A stretch of 64,000 nt of DNA, from contig CALQEU020000003.1 in the NCBI GenBank assembly GCA_943329665.2, forward strand, positions 90,283 to 154,282, given 5' to 3'. The notes below the pieces were generated by a model. It was not told the origin of the DNA and ran no database searches. It saw nothing but the letters and a program-made list of their open reading frames with translations. The translations under genes were made by a program, and so were the position numbers. Source of the stretch: Bifidobacterium breve (GTDB taxonomy: Bacteria; Bacteroidota; Bacteroidia; AKYH767-A; OLB10). This document shows positions 1 to 9,325 of this stretch, piece after piece (position 1 is the stretch's first letter; each line of letters begins with the position of its first letter).

Positions 1-7
1 TACGGCC

Positions 8-1864
8 TTGGATGAAAAATTTCCGGATGTACTTCGTGAAGAGATGAAATTCGTTTTAACTTCAGAAAGTAATAGTGTGAAACGGGTGGCTTTGAAAATT
101 TTAAACCAAAGAGGATGGAACGAATACCTCCATGAAGTAAAACACATCTATCTCACCGAAACGCATCTTGAAACCAAGGCAGAAGCTGCCTATTTCTGTG
201 CACAATCTGGAGATCTAGAAATTCAAAATAGCATTAGTCAAGAAATATTTGATACTTATCCAACGCTGATTCAAGAATCCATCTTAAAAGGAATTTTGAA
301 ATCAGATTCCATGCAACAGCAACAAAATGCGGTGGAAGCCATCACGACATTATTGAAGAGTGAAGATCAAAAAAAACAATTTACCGCATTAGCAATACTT
401 TCTCAAGAATATTTACAAGAATTTGAATCGGAAATTTTTCGTTTGATGGCATCAGAAAACGAGAGTGTACAAATAGCTGCCATTGAGGCTGCAGGAAAAA
501 GTAAATCACAAGCATTCGTTTCCCAATTAATTGCGCTCTTACTCATCACACCTGGTTCAAACTACATCATTGACAGCTTGAGCAAATATGGAGATGACAT
601 TTTCGATCATCTCAAAAAAATACCTTTTCAGCGTGTAATTCATAAACAAGGGGTTCTTTCTGATATCATTCGAATTGCGGAGATTAGTACCGGTGATAAA
701 GGAGGCAAATTTCTATTTTCCATATTGCATCATGCTCCTCCTCATCTTAAGGAAAGAATCGTTGAAGTACTGAGTATCTCAAAGTATATTTTAGAGCCTA
801 AGGAAAAAGAACGCATGGAGCGCATGTTGAAAGAAGAAATTGGTTTTGCGGTTGCTTTGCTCGAAGGGATTGTAGATGCATCACTGAACACTCGTTTGCA
901 CGAAGCCTTCAACTTCGACTATGAAAATTGCAAGCGACGTATCATTACCATTTCAGGACTTCTATACAATCGCAAAATAATGCGTGAAGCTTCTGCCGCC
1001 TTCCGCAACAATTCAAAAGAAAGAAGAGCCAATGCGCTGGAAATTATGGAGCAAGTGATTCCAAGAAAAACAGCCCAGCTATTAGTTGTACTCCTCGACA
1101 ACATATCACCAGCACAAAAAATTGATAAGCTTCAAAATTTTCAAAGTGTAAGAAAGCATGAAATTCCAGACAGCATACTCAGAGACGGAACCGATATTTA
1201 TAGTGCTTGGACTGTTTGTTTAGCTTTACGTTCGGCAGCATTTCACGACAGCAATTATATTCATGCAGTAAACATCATGCAAACTGAAAATTCGTTGTTA
1301 CGCGAATCTGCAGCGCATTATTTAATAAACTTCAAAGAAAACCATCCTAACCATTTCAGCAAGTTAGCTGGTACTTTTAAAACTAATATTGACGAGATCA
1401 TGAAAAACCAACACGAAAACACCATCTCTGATTTTGAAAAAGTGCTGGTGCTAAAAGGCACTGCATTATTTGGAGATACGCCTGAAAACATCATCGCAGA
1501 AATTATTCCGATCGTTCGCGAAGTAAGAGTGAATGAAGGGGAAGTTATTTTCGACAAAGGCGATTCGGGAAGCAGCATGTATATTATCTACAATGGCGAG
1601 GTAAAAATTCACGATGGCAATAGAACCTTTGCCACTTTAGGAAAAAGAGAATTCTTTGGAGAGTTAGCGTTGTTAGACCCAGAGCCACGTTCAGCATCGG
1701 CTACTGCTACTACCGATACATTACTATTAAAACTGGAGGAAGAAGAAGCTTATGAGTTGATGGAAGAGCGCACCGAAGTTTTAAGAAGTATACTTCGGAT
1801 TTTGTGCAAGAGAATCCGAATGCAAAACGATAAGTTGGTAGCAAGTACTGCATTGAAAAACTAA
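8..1864 (+). CDS. HEAT-repeat protein with C-terminal cyclic nucleotide-binding (cNMP) domain, probably 5'-truncated by the window edge
   Basis: Helical HEAT-like repeats (VQIAAIEAAGK, RRANALEIME). The cNMP domain shows IFDKGDSGSSMYIIYNGEVKI and the phosphate-binding cassette FFGELALLDPEPRSASATA. The ORF opens at the window start. Confidence 0.8.
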   Translation: MDEKFPDVLREEMKFVLTSESNSVKRVALKILNQRGWNEYLHEVKHIYLTETHLETKAEAAYFCAQSGDLEIQNSISQEIFDTYPTLIQESILKGILKSDSMQQQQNAVEAITTLLKSEDQKKQFTALAILSQEYLQEFESEIFRLMASENESVQIAAIEAAGKSKSQAFVSQLIALLLITPGSNYIIDSLSKYGDDIFDHLKKIPFQRVIHKQGVLSDIIRIAEISTGDKGGKFLFSILHHAPPHLKERIVEVLSISKYILEPKEKERMERMLKEEIGFAVALLEGIVDASLNTRLHEAFNFDYENCKRRIITISGLLYNRKIMREASAAFRNNSKERRANALEIMEQVIPRKTAQLLVVLLDNISPAQKIDKLQNFQSVRKHEIPDSILRDGTDIYSAWTVCLALRSAAFHDSNYIHAVNIMQTENSLLRESAAHYLINFKENHPNHFSKLAGTFKTNIDEIMKNQHENTISDFEKVLVLKGTALFGDTPENIIAEIIPIVREVRVNEGEVIFDKGDSGSSMYIIYNGEVKIHDGNRTFATLGKREFFGELALLDPEPRSASATATTDTLLLKLEEEEAYELMEERTEVLRSILRILCKRIRMQNDKLVASTALKN

Positions 1865-1885
1865 AATAGAATTAATCAAAAAAAA

Positions 1886-2473
1886 TTACTTGAACATCAC
1901 CAACCCCTTCAGCTCTTGGAGGTATTGTGTTTTTAAATGGTTACGATTTCGTTGAGAAGTGTTTGTCCAATAATGATGTGCATCCACAAATGTATATTGA
2001 ATTAAATTCCAATCCATATTTTCATCAATTCTACCGAGCGATTTCCACTCTTCAAAAAGCCGAAGACTTACCTCCTTACAATCTTCTCTTCCGAGATGAT
2101 CTAAATCTGCATCACACAAAATCTTTTCAAGAAGTGTATCGGGCTTTTGAGGCAATTTCGTTTTCATGATCATGATACAGATAATTTCGATAGCCTCCTC
2201 ATCATAATTATAATCGGGTAAAATAGCTCTTGCGATTAAACATCCTTCTTCCTCATGATCTACAAACGTATTGAGAAAACCAATGTCGTGTAAAAATCCA
2301 GCCGTTTTTAATAAGACTAAATCATACGATTCAGTGACACCTTCCTGCTCTGCTATTTTTAAAGCTTCTGTTACCACATCGATGGTATGCGTTAAATTAT
2401 GATAATGCAGTTTAGGCGACAATTGTGTCCCCAAGGCTCTCACAACAAAATTTTCTATGCCTGCAAAATTCAT
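1886..2473 (-). CDS. HD-domain metal-dependent phosphohydrolase
   Basis: Motifs YHNLTHT, LHDIGF and ILCDADLDHLG. Confidence 0.85.
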   Translation of the reverse strand: MNFAGIENFVVRALGTQLSPKLHYHNLTHTIDVVTEALKIAEQEGVTESYDLVLLKTAGFLHDIGFLNTFVDHEEEGCLIARAILPDYNYDEEAIEIICIMIMKTKLPQKPDTLLEKILCDADLDHLGREDCKEVSLRLFEEWKSLGRIDENMDWNLIQYTFVDAHHYWTNTSQRNRNHLKTQYLQELKGLVMFK

Positions 2474-2672
2474 ATAGATCTTATTCTTTCATACTGCTTG
2501 GTTCATAACAAAGGGGAGATAAAATATTAAATGCCCTAATGACTTTGATGTTTTACTACTTCGGCCTTAACCTACGCAGTACACAGTAAAAGTAAATAAT
2601 ATTAAATCAACCTACTATAAGAACGAATATTTTTTATGCACTTATAGGCATTCAGATGCCTTTTTAATAATG

Positions 2673-3725
2673 TTACCGTTTATTGGCCAATTTTATAGGG
2701 CCGAAAGGTCCGTACTTATGCTGTTCTTCTGAAAAAGCATCGGCATAAGGGCCAAAAGGATGATCGAATGGTTTTTTAGATATATCGGGCCAATCCTTTT
2801 TAATATTCATAACTGGGCGAGATTGTGTATTAATAAATGCTGCTACATCCCAAGCTTCCTCATCGGTTAATTGAGGCGCCAAATACGATGCGGGTTGTGG
2901 CATATTCATTTTTACATACCCTGCTAGTCTGGACATACGAAACAATCCAGCACCAGTGTTGTAGCTATGTTTTCCGAATAAAGGAGGATACGTATACTCT
3001 GTAAAATCGCTATTCGGTACTCCTTCACCGTTAGCTCCATGACAGGAAACACATTTTGTTGTGAACACTAACTTTCCTTTCTCCGGATCTGCGGCTCGTT
3101 TCAACACGGGGAGATCATAAATACCCGTACCATCCGGTTTATTTTTTTCGATCACTTCACTTCCTACCCATTTAATAAAAGCAACAATGGCTTGCATTTC
3201 TTTGCTGGAATCGGAAGGTGGTTTGCCATTCAAACTTCTTTCAAAACAATCGCGAACTCGCTTCTCAACCGACTCAATCTGTCCAGAACGAGGTCGAAAT
3301 TTAGGATACGTAGAAGCGACCATAGCATAATTATTGCCATACACTTTTGTACCCGCTTCCAAGTGACAATTTTGGCAATTCATTCCGTTGGTGACCTTCG
3401 CAAGCTTACCATTCGGTCCAAAAAAATAGGATGTATGCATCACTAATTCTCTTCCGTAAAGGATTTGTATGTCATTCACATCTTCAATATCAGGAGCCAT
3501 CCACGAAATTTTTTTCACATCAATCGTTGGTTTTTTTTCTTGTGTAGATGGGCTTATCGATTTACTTGTACTCCCATCAGAAAAAAGTGAAGAGAAATCA
3601 ATTTGCTGCAATGCAAAAATGGATGTGAAAGATATAAAGAGCACCAGGACTATTTGCACCATTCCACGGGCAACGATTACCAATGCTTTTCGATTTGCCT
3701 CCTGATTTGAATTAAATGAATTCAT
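2673..3725 (-). CDS. tsdA: Diheme c-type cytochrome, thiosulfate dehydrogenase (TsdA) family
   Basis: Two CxxCH motifs (CQNCH, CVSCH), TsdA-type catalytic Cys motif RVRDCFERSLNG, YPPLFG..SYNTGAG, heme-2 ligand motif NMP and an N-terminal hydrophobic anchor. Confidence 0.8.
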   Translation of the reverse strand: MNSFNSNQEANRKALVIVARGMVQIVLVLFISFTSIFALQQIDFSSLFSDGSTSKSISPSTQEKKPTIDVKKISWMAPDIEDVNDIQILYGRELVMHTSYFFGPNGKLAKVTNGMNCQNCHLEAGTKVYGNNYAMVASTYPKFRPRSGQIESVEKRVRDCFERSLNGKPPSDSSKEMQAIVAFIKWVGSEVIEKNKPDGTGIYDLPVLKRAADPEKGKLVFTTKCVSCHGANGEGVPNSDFTEYTYPPLFGKHSYNTGAGLFRMSRLAGYVKMNMPQPASYLAPQLTDEEAWDVAAFINTQSRPVMNIKKDWPDISKKPFDHPFGPYADAFSEEQHKYGPFGPIKLANKR

Positions 3726-3730
3726 AAAAT

Positions 3731-5443
3731 CTATCTAAACTCGTATGTAGTTCCTTGTAATTGCGTGAGAAGTGTAGGTGGGAAATCGGTAGCCGTGGCT
3801 CGTCCTTCTAACTTCGGAGAAACAAGTGGATGCGCAGCTAAATATTCTTCAATTACCTTATGCATAACAACGCCCAATAGCTTTGGCGACTTCACTTTCT
3901 CCACCCTACAAAGCACATCATCAGGATCACCTTCTCGTTCGCATGCTACAATAGAATATTCTTTTTCCAAATTAATAGGCTCCCCTTTGACCTTCACCCA
4001 ATTCAATCGTTTACCCATTTCATTTCCGATGGTAAAATTAACTTCCATCCCGTTGAATCGAACAAACCATCCGCCAAAACGTTTCGAAGGATCCTTCGCA
4101 AAAGCATTTTGCAATTCTTTCTCCAGCCAATCCCACACTTGTTTTCCAGTGACGATTCCAGTTTTAGCTTCACTATCAACAGGCAACATATTCCACAAAA
4201 ATTCTTTGGTGATGGCGGCCTTTCCCGTTTCCTTATCGACATTCAATGGTTGACAAAAGCGAAAACCATTACTCAAGGCAATGTCTGGTTTAAACTTCCA
4301 CATAATAGCATCAGTGAGTAAATTATCCATGGGTGTTTCCATCACAAAATAGCGCACTAAGGGTGTTGATGTATAACCCAACACGCGCGATAAATCCTGA
4401 TGAAAAGGTTCAGAAACTTTATTAATGATTCCCTGCAATTCTGCATCCGCTTTATATACTGCAGGATCTACATCCAACAATTGATAATCGAATGAACTTA
4501 ATTTTCCTTCTTCAAAATTTAATTCTAATTTTCCTAAGAATGATCCAAAGGCACCGCACTCTACAACCTTTGAATATTTACATTGAATAGCTTCACGCAC
4601 GCGCTCGTGTGTATCGGCACCCAAAATAAAATCAACACCTTCCGCTACTTGATTATTCGCAAGACCTACTTGTTGCGCCAACCCCATATGCGTCACCAAA
4701 CAAACAACAGCACATCCTTCCGTCTCTCTCAAAAACTTCACATACTTTGCCACATTTTTTTCTGCATGTTCAAAACGAATCCCCTTGCTATACGCAGGAG
4801 ATTGCCGCTTGGGAATGAGATGATCGGTATATCCAATAAATCCAATTTTAATTCCATCAATCACCTTCACCCAATATGGATGGTAAATCAATTCCCCTTT
4901 ATTTTCATCTTCATCATCATGCCACATGTTTGCACAAATCTTCGCTGCTGTTGAATGACCCATGTCATACAACATTTTTTTCTTCTTATACACTACTTCC
5001 CAATTTCCGGGAAGCATCAAATCAAAATTGATATTATTAAATACGGGGATCATGGCTTCACCTTCCGTCAATGAAGCAACAGCATGACCGTGATAATAAT
5101 CTCCACCGTCAATGAGTATGGTATTCTTTGGATCTTTAGAACGATAAAAATTAATCATCGTTTTCAATACCGCGAGTCCACCACGCTTTTTGTAGATGCC
5201 TTTTCCATCTTCCCAAAAAAACTCATCGTGCGTATGCAACTGCGCATGAATATCAGAAGTGTAAAGCAAAGTAATCTTTTTGCTTGTGGAAAAGCTTGTA
5301 TTAGAGCTCGTCAATTCCTCTTTCGGAGCCTCGAGCCCATCTGCCTTCAACTGAAGCAAAGGTATAACGGCGGCGCCTATACCCAAGGCGGCCGACTTCT
5401 TCAAAAAACTTCTACGAGACGAATTCTTTTCTTGATCTTCCAT
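3731..5443 (-). CDS. Tat-exported SoxB-like thiohydrolase (metallophosphoesterase/5'-nucleotidase superfamily)
   Basis: Twin-arginine signal SRRSFLKK, so the start is reassigned to the ATG at 5443. Motifs DIHAQL, DGGD, GNWE (Trp as in SoxB rather than the GNHE of nucleotidases), THMG and DTHE. Lies among sulfur genes. Confidence 0.7.
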   Translation of the reverse strand: MEDQEKNSSRRSFLKKSAALGIGAAVIPLLQLKADGLEAPKEELTSSNTSFSTSKKITLLYTSDIHAQLHTHDEFFWEDGKGIYKKRGGLAVLKTMINFYRSKDPKNTILIDGGDYYHGHAVASLTEGEAMIPVFNNINFDLMLPGNWEVVYKKKKMLYDMGHSTAAKICANMWHDDEDENKGELIYHPYWVKVIDGIKIGFIGYTDHLIPKRQSPAYSKGIRFEHAEKNVAKYVKFLRETEGCAVVCLVTHMGLAQQVGLANNQVAEGVDFILGADTHERVREAIQCKYSKVVECGAFGSFLGKLELNFEEGKLSSFDYQLLDVDPAVYKADAELQGIINKVSEPFHQDLSRVLGYTSTPLVRYFVMETPMDNLLTDAIMWKFKPDIALSNGFRFCQPLNVDKETGKAAITKEFLWNMLPVDSEAKTGIVTGKQVWDWLEKELQNAFAKDPSKRFGGWFVRFNGMEVNFTIGNEMGKRLNWVKVKGEPINLEKEYSIVACEREGDPDDVLCRVEKVKSPKLLGVVMHKVIEEYLAAHPLVSPKLEGRATATDFPPTLLTQLQGTTYEFR

Positions 5444-5462
5444 GGCACAATTCTTAAACGAT

Positions 5463-5951
5463 TTAATGTGGTAATTTATCTCTGAAATAACCGTAAGTCC
5501 AAGTACCCGCAATAGCACTTAATAGCGTAACGATGATAACGGTTGCGCCTGATCCAATCTGCGCAAACAACGGACCTGGACAAGCTCCTGTGATGGCCCA
5601 TCCCAATCCGAAGATGAGTCCTCCATAAATATTTCCTTTGTTGAACTCCTTAGGATGAAATACAATTTTCTCTCCGTAAATCGTTTTCACATCAAACTTT
5701 TTAATCAAGAAAACAGAGATCAATCCAACCATCACCGCACTTCCAATCACTCCATACATATGAAAACTTTCCAGTCGAAACATCTCTTGAATCCTAAACC
5801 AAGAAATAATTTCTGCTTTCACGAAAACAATTCCGAAGAGTACACCTACGACCAAATATTTTAAATTATGCCACCACTTATGTTCGAGTTGGCTTTCATT
5901 TACGCAAATCGTATCGAGTGCTCTTGCGTCTTGATTTATATCTTTTATCAT
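5463..5951 (-). CDS. YeeE/YedE family sulfur-compound transporter subunit
   Basis: Hydrophobic, with motif GGLIFGLGWAITGACPGP. Confidence 0.85.
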   Translation of the reverse strand: MIKDINQDARALDTICVNESQLEHKWWHNLKYLVVGVLFGIVFVKAEIISWFRIQEMFRLESFHMYGVIGSAVMVGLISVFLIKKFDVKTIYGEKIVFHPKEFNKGNIYGGLIFGLGWAITGACPGPLFAQIGSGATVIIVTLLSAIAGTWTYGYFRDKLPH

Positions 5952-5964
5952 CGTCTTTCGTTTT

Positions 5965-6528
5965 TTAAAATTTCAAAATATAAGGAAGTAATAAATGCGT
6001 CATCAAAAACCCACCTGCCATAAAACAACATGTAGCTACGAGTGAAGGCCATTGTAAGGTTGACAATCCCATGATCGCATGGCCGGAGGTACAGCCGCCC
6101 GCATATCGAGTTCCAAATCCAACCAAGAATCCGCCGACTACAATCATAAAAAATCCTTTCAACGTAAACAATGCCGACCAATTAAATAATTCGGAAGGGA
6201 CTAAGCCCATATAATCCGTGATTCCAAACTGGCCCAAATAAGTTGCTAAACTTGGTGCTATATCCATTGGCAAAGGATTCGAAAATAATTGAACGCCTAA
6301 GAATCCGCCTAAAAAAATTCCTGCTACAAAAAAAAGATTCCATATTTCCTTCTTCCATTCATACTTAAAAAAAGGAAGATTAGCAGGGATGCATGCCGCA
6401 CAAATATGGCGCAAGGATGAACTAATCCCAAACGCTTTATTCCCAATAATTAATAATATAGGTACCGTTAAACCGATGAGCGGTCCGGCTATGTACCAAG
6501 GCCAAGGCTGTCGAATTGTTTCTAACAT
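5965..6528 (-). CDS. YeeE/YedE family sulfur-compound transporter subunit
   Basis: Motifs PWPWYIAG, FGISSS and GFGTRYAGGCTSGHAI. Confidence 0.88.
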   Translation of the reverse strand: MLETIRQPWPWYIAGPLIGLTVPILLIIGNKAFGISSSLRHICAACIPANLPFFKYEWKKEIWNLFFVAGIFLGGFLGVQLFSNPLPMDIAPSLATYLGQFGITDYMGLVPSELFNWSALFTLKGFFMIVVGGFLVGFGTRYAGGCTSGHAIMGLSTLQWPSLVATCCFMAGGFLMTHLLLPYILKF

Positions 6529-6590
6529 ATTTTAAATCATTGTTATATCTATATAAGTGGAATCCATTTTTAGGCTTTCCAACTCTTGTA

Positions 6591-6598
6591 CAAAAGTA
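6591..6598 (-). promoter_or_regulatory. Bacteroidota -7 promoter box (TACTTTTG) for the yeeE-soxB-like-tsdA operon
   Basis: Matches TAnnTTTG about 60 bp upstream of the 6528 start. Confidence 0.55.
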
Positions 6599-6620
6599 AG
6601 TGAATGACTTAACTCAGTTT

Positions 6621-6634
6621 GCAACATTTGTTAC
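6621..6634. promoter_or_regulatory. Near-palindromic candidate operator GCAAC-ATTT-GTTAC
   Basis: Imperfect inverted repeat about 30 bp upstream of the -7 box in the divergent yeeE/nuoA intergenic region. Confidence 0.35.
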
Positions 6635-6835
6635 TTGACGAGTAAATCCAACCACTTCGATCACAATATTAGAATTATTTCATACATAAACCACGTAAAA
6701 CAAGGAGATTAAAAATAAAATTAATTAAATTAATTCTTCGATTCAAAAAAAGAAGAAGTAGACCAAAGAAAAAACAACCAAATAAATCAAATTTGAGCCT
6801 TCGCTAACAAAATAAAATTAAATTTGAGGCAATCT

Positions 6836-7186
6836 ATGGGAGCCACATCATTACTCATACTTACCCTCGCCGCCATTGTGTTTTCGGCGGGCGGCATCTT
6901 GGTTTCGAAAATCTTTGTGAAAGGTTCCTATAACCCGCAAAAAGGTCAAGCTTACGAATGTGGTGTACCCACCGTTGGTCAAACTTGGCTGCAATTGAAT
7001 GTCGGATACTATCTTTTTGCATTGATCTTTTTAATTTTTGATGTGGAATTGGTTTTCTTGTATCCTTGGGCAACAGTGGTAAAAGAAATTGGATGGATGG
7101 CCTTCCTCGATATTATCATCTTTTTCTTTATTTTATTTCTAGGATTTTTATACGCACATAAGAAAGGAGCATTAAAATGGATGTAA
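6836..7186 (+). CDS. nuoA: NADH-quinone oxidoreductase subunit A
   Basis: [18 protein letters not shown] and KKGALKW; ATG at 6836 preferred over TTG at 6824. Confidence 0.95.
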   Translation: MGATSLLILTLAAIVFSAGGILVSKIFVKGSYNPQKGQAYECGVPTVGQTWLQLNVGYYLFALIFLIFDVELVFLYPWATVVKEIGWMAFLDIIIFFFILFLGFLYAHKKGALKWM

Positions 7187-7713
7187 ATCAAAAGCCAGAA
7201 ACTTTCCCTGGACAAATACATGAAATTCCTGGAGGAGGAGTTGTGTTAAGTAAATTAGATGATGTGATTAATTGGGCTCGGTCCAATTCATTGTGGCCTT
7301 TAACATTTGCAACAAGTTGTTGTGGCATCGAAATGATGTCGACTGCAGGAGCCAAATATGATTTTTCTCGTTTTGGTTTTGAAGTGGCTCGAGCCACTCC
7401 CCGTCAAGCTGACGTAATTATCATTGCAGGAACGATCGTAAATAAAATGGCGCCAGTCTTGAAAAGATTGTACGACCAAATGGCAGATCCAAAATATGTG
7501 ATTGCGATGGGAGCATGTGCAATTAGCGGCGGTCCGTTTTTTTACAATACCTACTCTGTAGTAAAAGGAGCTGATCATATTATTCCAGTGGATGTATATG
7601 TTGCAGGATGTCCTCCTCGACCAGAAGCATTACTTCACGCTTTAATTTCTTTACAAGAAAAAATAAAAAGCGGATTAACAAGAGAACAAATAAAAGATAT
7701 CAAACCTCAATAA
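7177..7713 (+). CDS. nuoB: NADH-quinone oxidoreductase subunit B
   Basis: N2 cluster motifs [16 protein letters not shown] and GCPPRPEAL. Confidence 0.97.
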   Translation: MDVNQKPETFPGQIHEIPGGGVVLSKLDDVINWARSNSLWPLTFATSCCGIEMMSTAGAKYDFSRFGFEVARATPRQADVIIIAGTIVNKMAPVLKRLYDQMADPKYVIAMGACAISGGPFFYNTYSVVKGADHIIPVDVYVAGCPPRPEALLHALISLQEKIKSGLTREQIKDIKPQ

Positions 7714-7732
7714 GTCGAGAATCGAAAGCAAT

Positions 7733-8188
7733 ATGACGAAAGATGAATTGAAAATAAAATTTGAATCTTTGCAAGAAGGACTCAGCTTTGAAGAAGGCAC
7801 GGAATGGCTGACGATTAATATCGTACCCGAAGAATTTAAAAATTTCGCTTTATTGCTTAGAAATAATAACGAATTACATTTCGACTATTTATTTTGTTTA
7901 ACGGGGGTTGATTGGAAAACGCATTTGTCGGTGGTGTATCATTTCTCCTCTACGGTTTTCCGTCATGAAGTAGTGATAAAAGTAAAAATCGAAAAAGCAA
8001 ATCCAATCGTAGATACGGTTTGTGATATTTGGCGCACAGCAGAATTTCACGAGCGCGAGGCGTATGATTTATTGGGAGTAGAATTTGTAGGTCATCCTGA
8101 TTTGCGCCGACTCTTCCTTACCCCCGATCACGAAGGTTTTCCACTGCGCAAAGATTATGAGGATCCAATTAACATGATAAAACTCTAA
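7733..8188 (+). CDS. nuoC: NADH-quinone oxidoreductase subunit C
   Basis: EREAYDLLGVEFVGHPDLRR...PLRKDY. Confidence 0.95.
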   Translation: MTKDELKIKFESLQEGLSFEEGTEWLTINIVPEEFKNFALLLRNNNELHFDYLFCLTGVDWKTHLSVVYHFSSTVFRHEVVIKVKIEKANPIVDTVCDIWRTAEFHEREAYDLLGVEFVGHPDLRRLFLTPDHEGFPLRKDYEDPINMIKL

Positions 8189-8191
8189 GCG

Positions 8192-9307
8192 ATGCTCGAA
8201 GAATTGGGAACGAACGATCAGGGTGATATGATCATTAACATTGGACCACAGCATCCTTCAACGCATGGTGTTTTGCATTTGGTGATTACATTAAATGGAG
8301 AAACCATTAAAAAAGTAGAACCTCATATAGGATATATTCATCGTAGCATTGAAAAAATGTGCGAGAGTCTTTCGTATCGTCAGTTTATTTATGTGACGAG
8401 CAGAATGGATTATCTGAGTTCGCATATCAATAATCACGGCTGTGCTTTATGTGTTGAAAAAGGATTGCAAATTGAAATCCCTTCTCGTGCGCAAGTGATT
8501 CGTGTGTTGATGGATGAGTTGACACGACTTGCATCTCATTTACTTTGGTGGGGTGCATTAGCCATGGACTTAGGTGCTTTCACTCCTTTTTTCTACTCTT
8601 TCAGAGAGCGTGAAATGATTAATGAATTGATGGAAGACACTTGCGGTGCAAGGTTAACCATGAATTATATTGTGCCGGGTGGTGTGATGATGGATTTACA
8701 TCCCGACTTTCAACGCAAAGTGAAAGAATTTTTAAGATTGTTTAAATCGAAGATTCATGAGTACGATGATCTGGTAACTGGAAATATTATTTTCCAAAAC
8801 CGAACCAAGGGCGTTGGATATATCTCAAAAGAAGATGCCATTTCGTTTGGGTGTACAGGTCCTACCGGAAGAGGAAGTGGATTGAGTTGTGATATTCGCA
8901 AACTCTATCCATACTCCATTTATGAACAACTACAATTTGATGAAGTAATCGAAACTGACGGTGACTCCTGGGCTCGTTATAAAGTTCGTGTTGGTGAGAT
9001 GGTACAAAGTATGCGTATCATTGAACAGTTAATTGATAATATTCCAGAGGGAGATTTTCAAGCGAAAACAAAAGCTGTATTGAAATTACCCAAAGGAGAT
9101 TTTTATACGCGTGTTGAAACTGCTCGCGGAGAATTAGGCGTTTACATTGTGAGTGAAGGGGGAAGTACTCCATACAGAATAAAATTCCGTTCGCCGGGAT
9201 TCTCCAACTTAAGTGCGCTTGATCATATGTCGAGAGGCGGAAAGATTGGAGACCTTATGGCGACCATGGGAACATTGGATTTGGTAATTCCAGATATCGA
9301 TCGATAA
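8192..9307 (+). CDS. nuoD: NADH-quinone oxidoreductase subunit D
   Basis: GPQHPSTHGVL, GYIHRSIEK, RMDY and C-terminal DIDR; no Ni-binding cysteine pairs. Confidence 0.96.
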   Translation: MLEELGTNDQGDMIINIGPQHPSTHGVLHLVITLNGETIKKVEPHIGYIHRSIEKMCESLSYRQFIYVTSRMDYLSSHINNHGCALCVEKGLQIEIPSRAQVIRVLMDELTRLASHLLWWGALAMDLGAFTPFFYSFREREMINELMEDTCGARLTMNYIVPGGVMMDLHPDFQRKVKEFLRLFKSKIHEYDDLVTGNIIFQNRTKGVGYISKEDAISFGCTGPTGRGSGLSCDIRKLYPYSIYEQLQFDEVIETDGDSWARYKVRVGEMVQSMRIIEQLIDNIPEGDFQAKTKAVLKLPKGDFYTRVETARGELGVYIVSEGGSTPYRIKFRSPGFSNLSALDHMSRGGKIGDLMATMGTLDLVIPDIDR

Positions 9308-9325
9308 AAAATAAAAAGCTAGAAG

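Noticed and set aside
1886-2473. Pycsar or CBASS anti-phage system
   Set aside because: No cyclase and no transmembrane or TIR effector is visible in the window; only HD and cNMP domains
2673-3725. SoxA of a canonical Sox system
   Set aside because: The motif layout matches TsdA, and no soxX/soxY/soxZ neighbours are present
3192-5864. Numerous plus-strand ORFs of 60-160 aa here, and similar shadow ORFs across the window
   Set aside because: They lie antisense or out of frame within well-supported genes and carry no recognisable motifs
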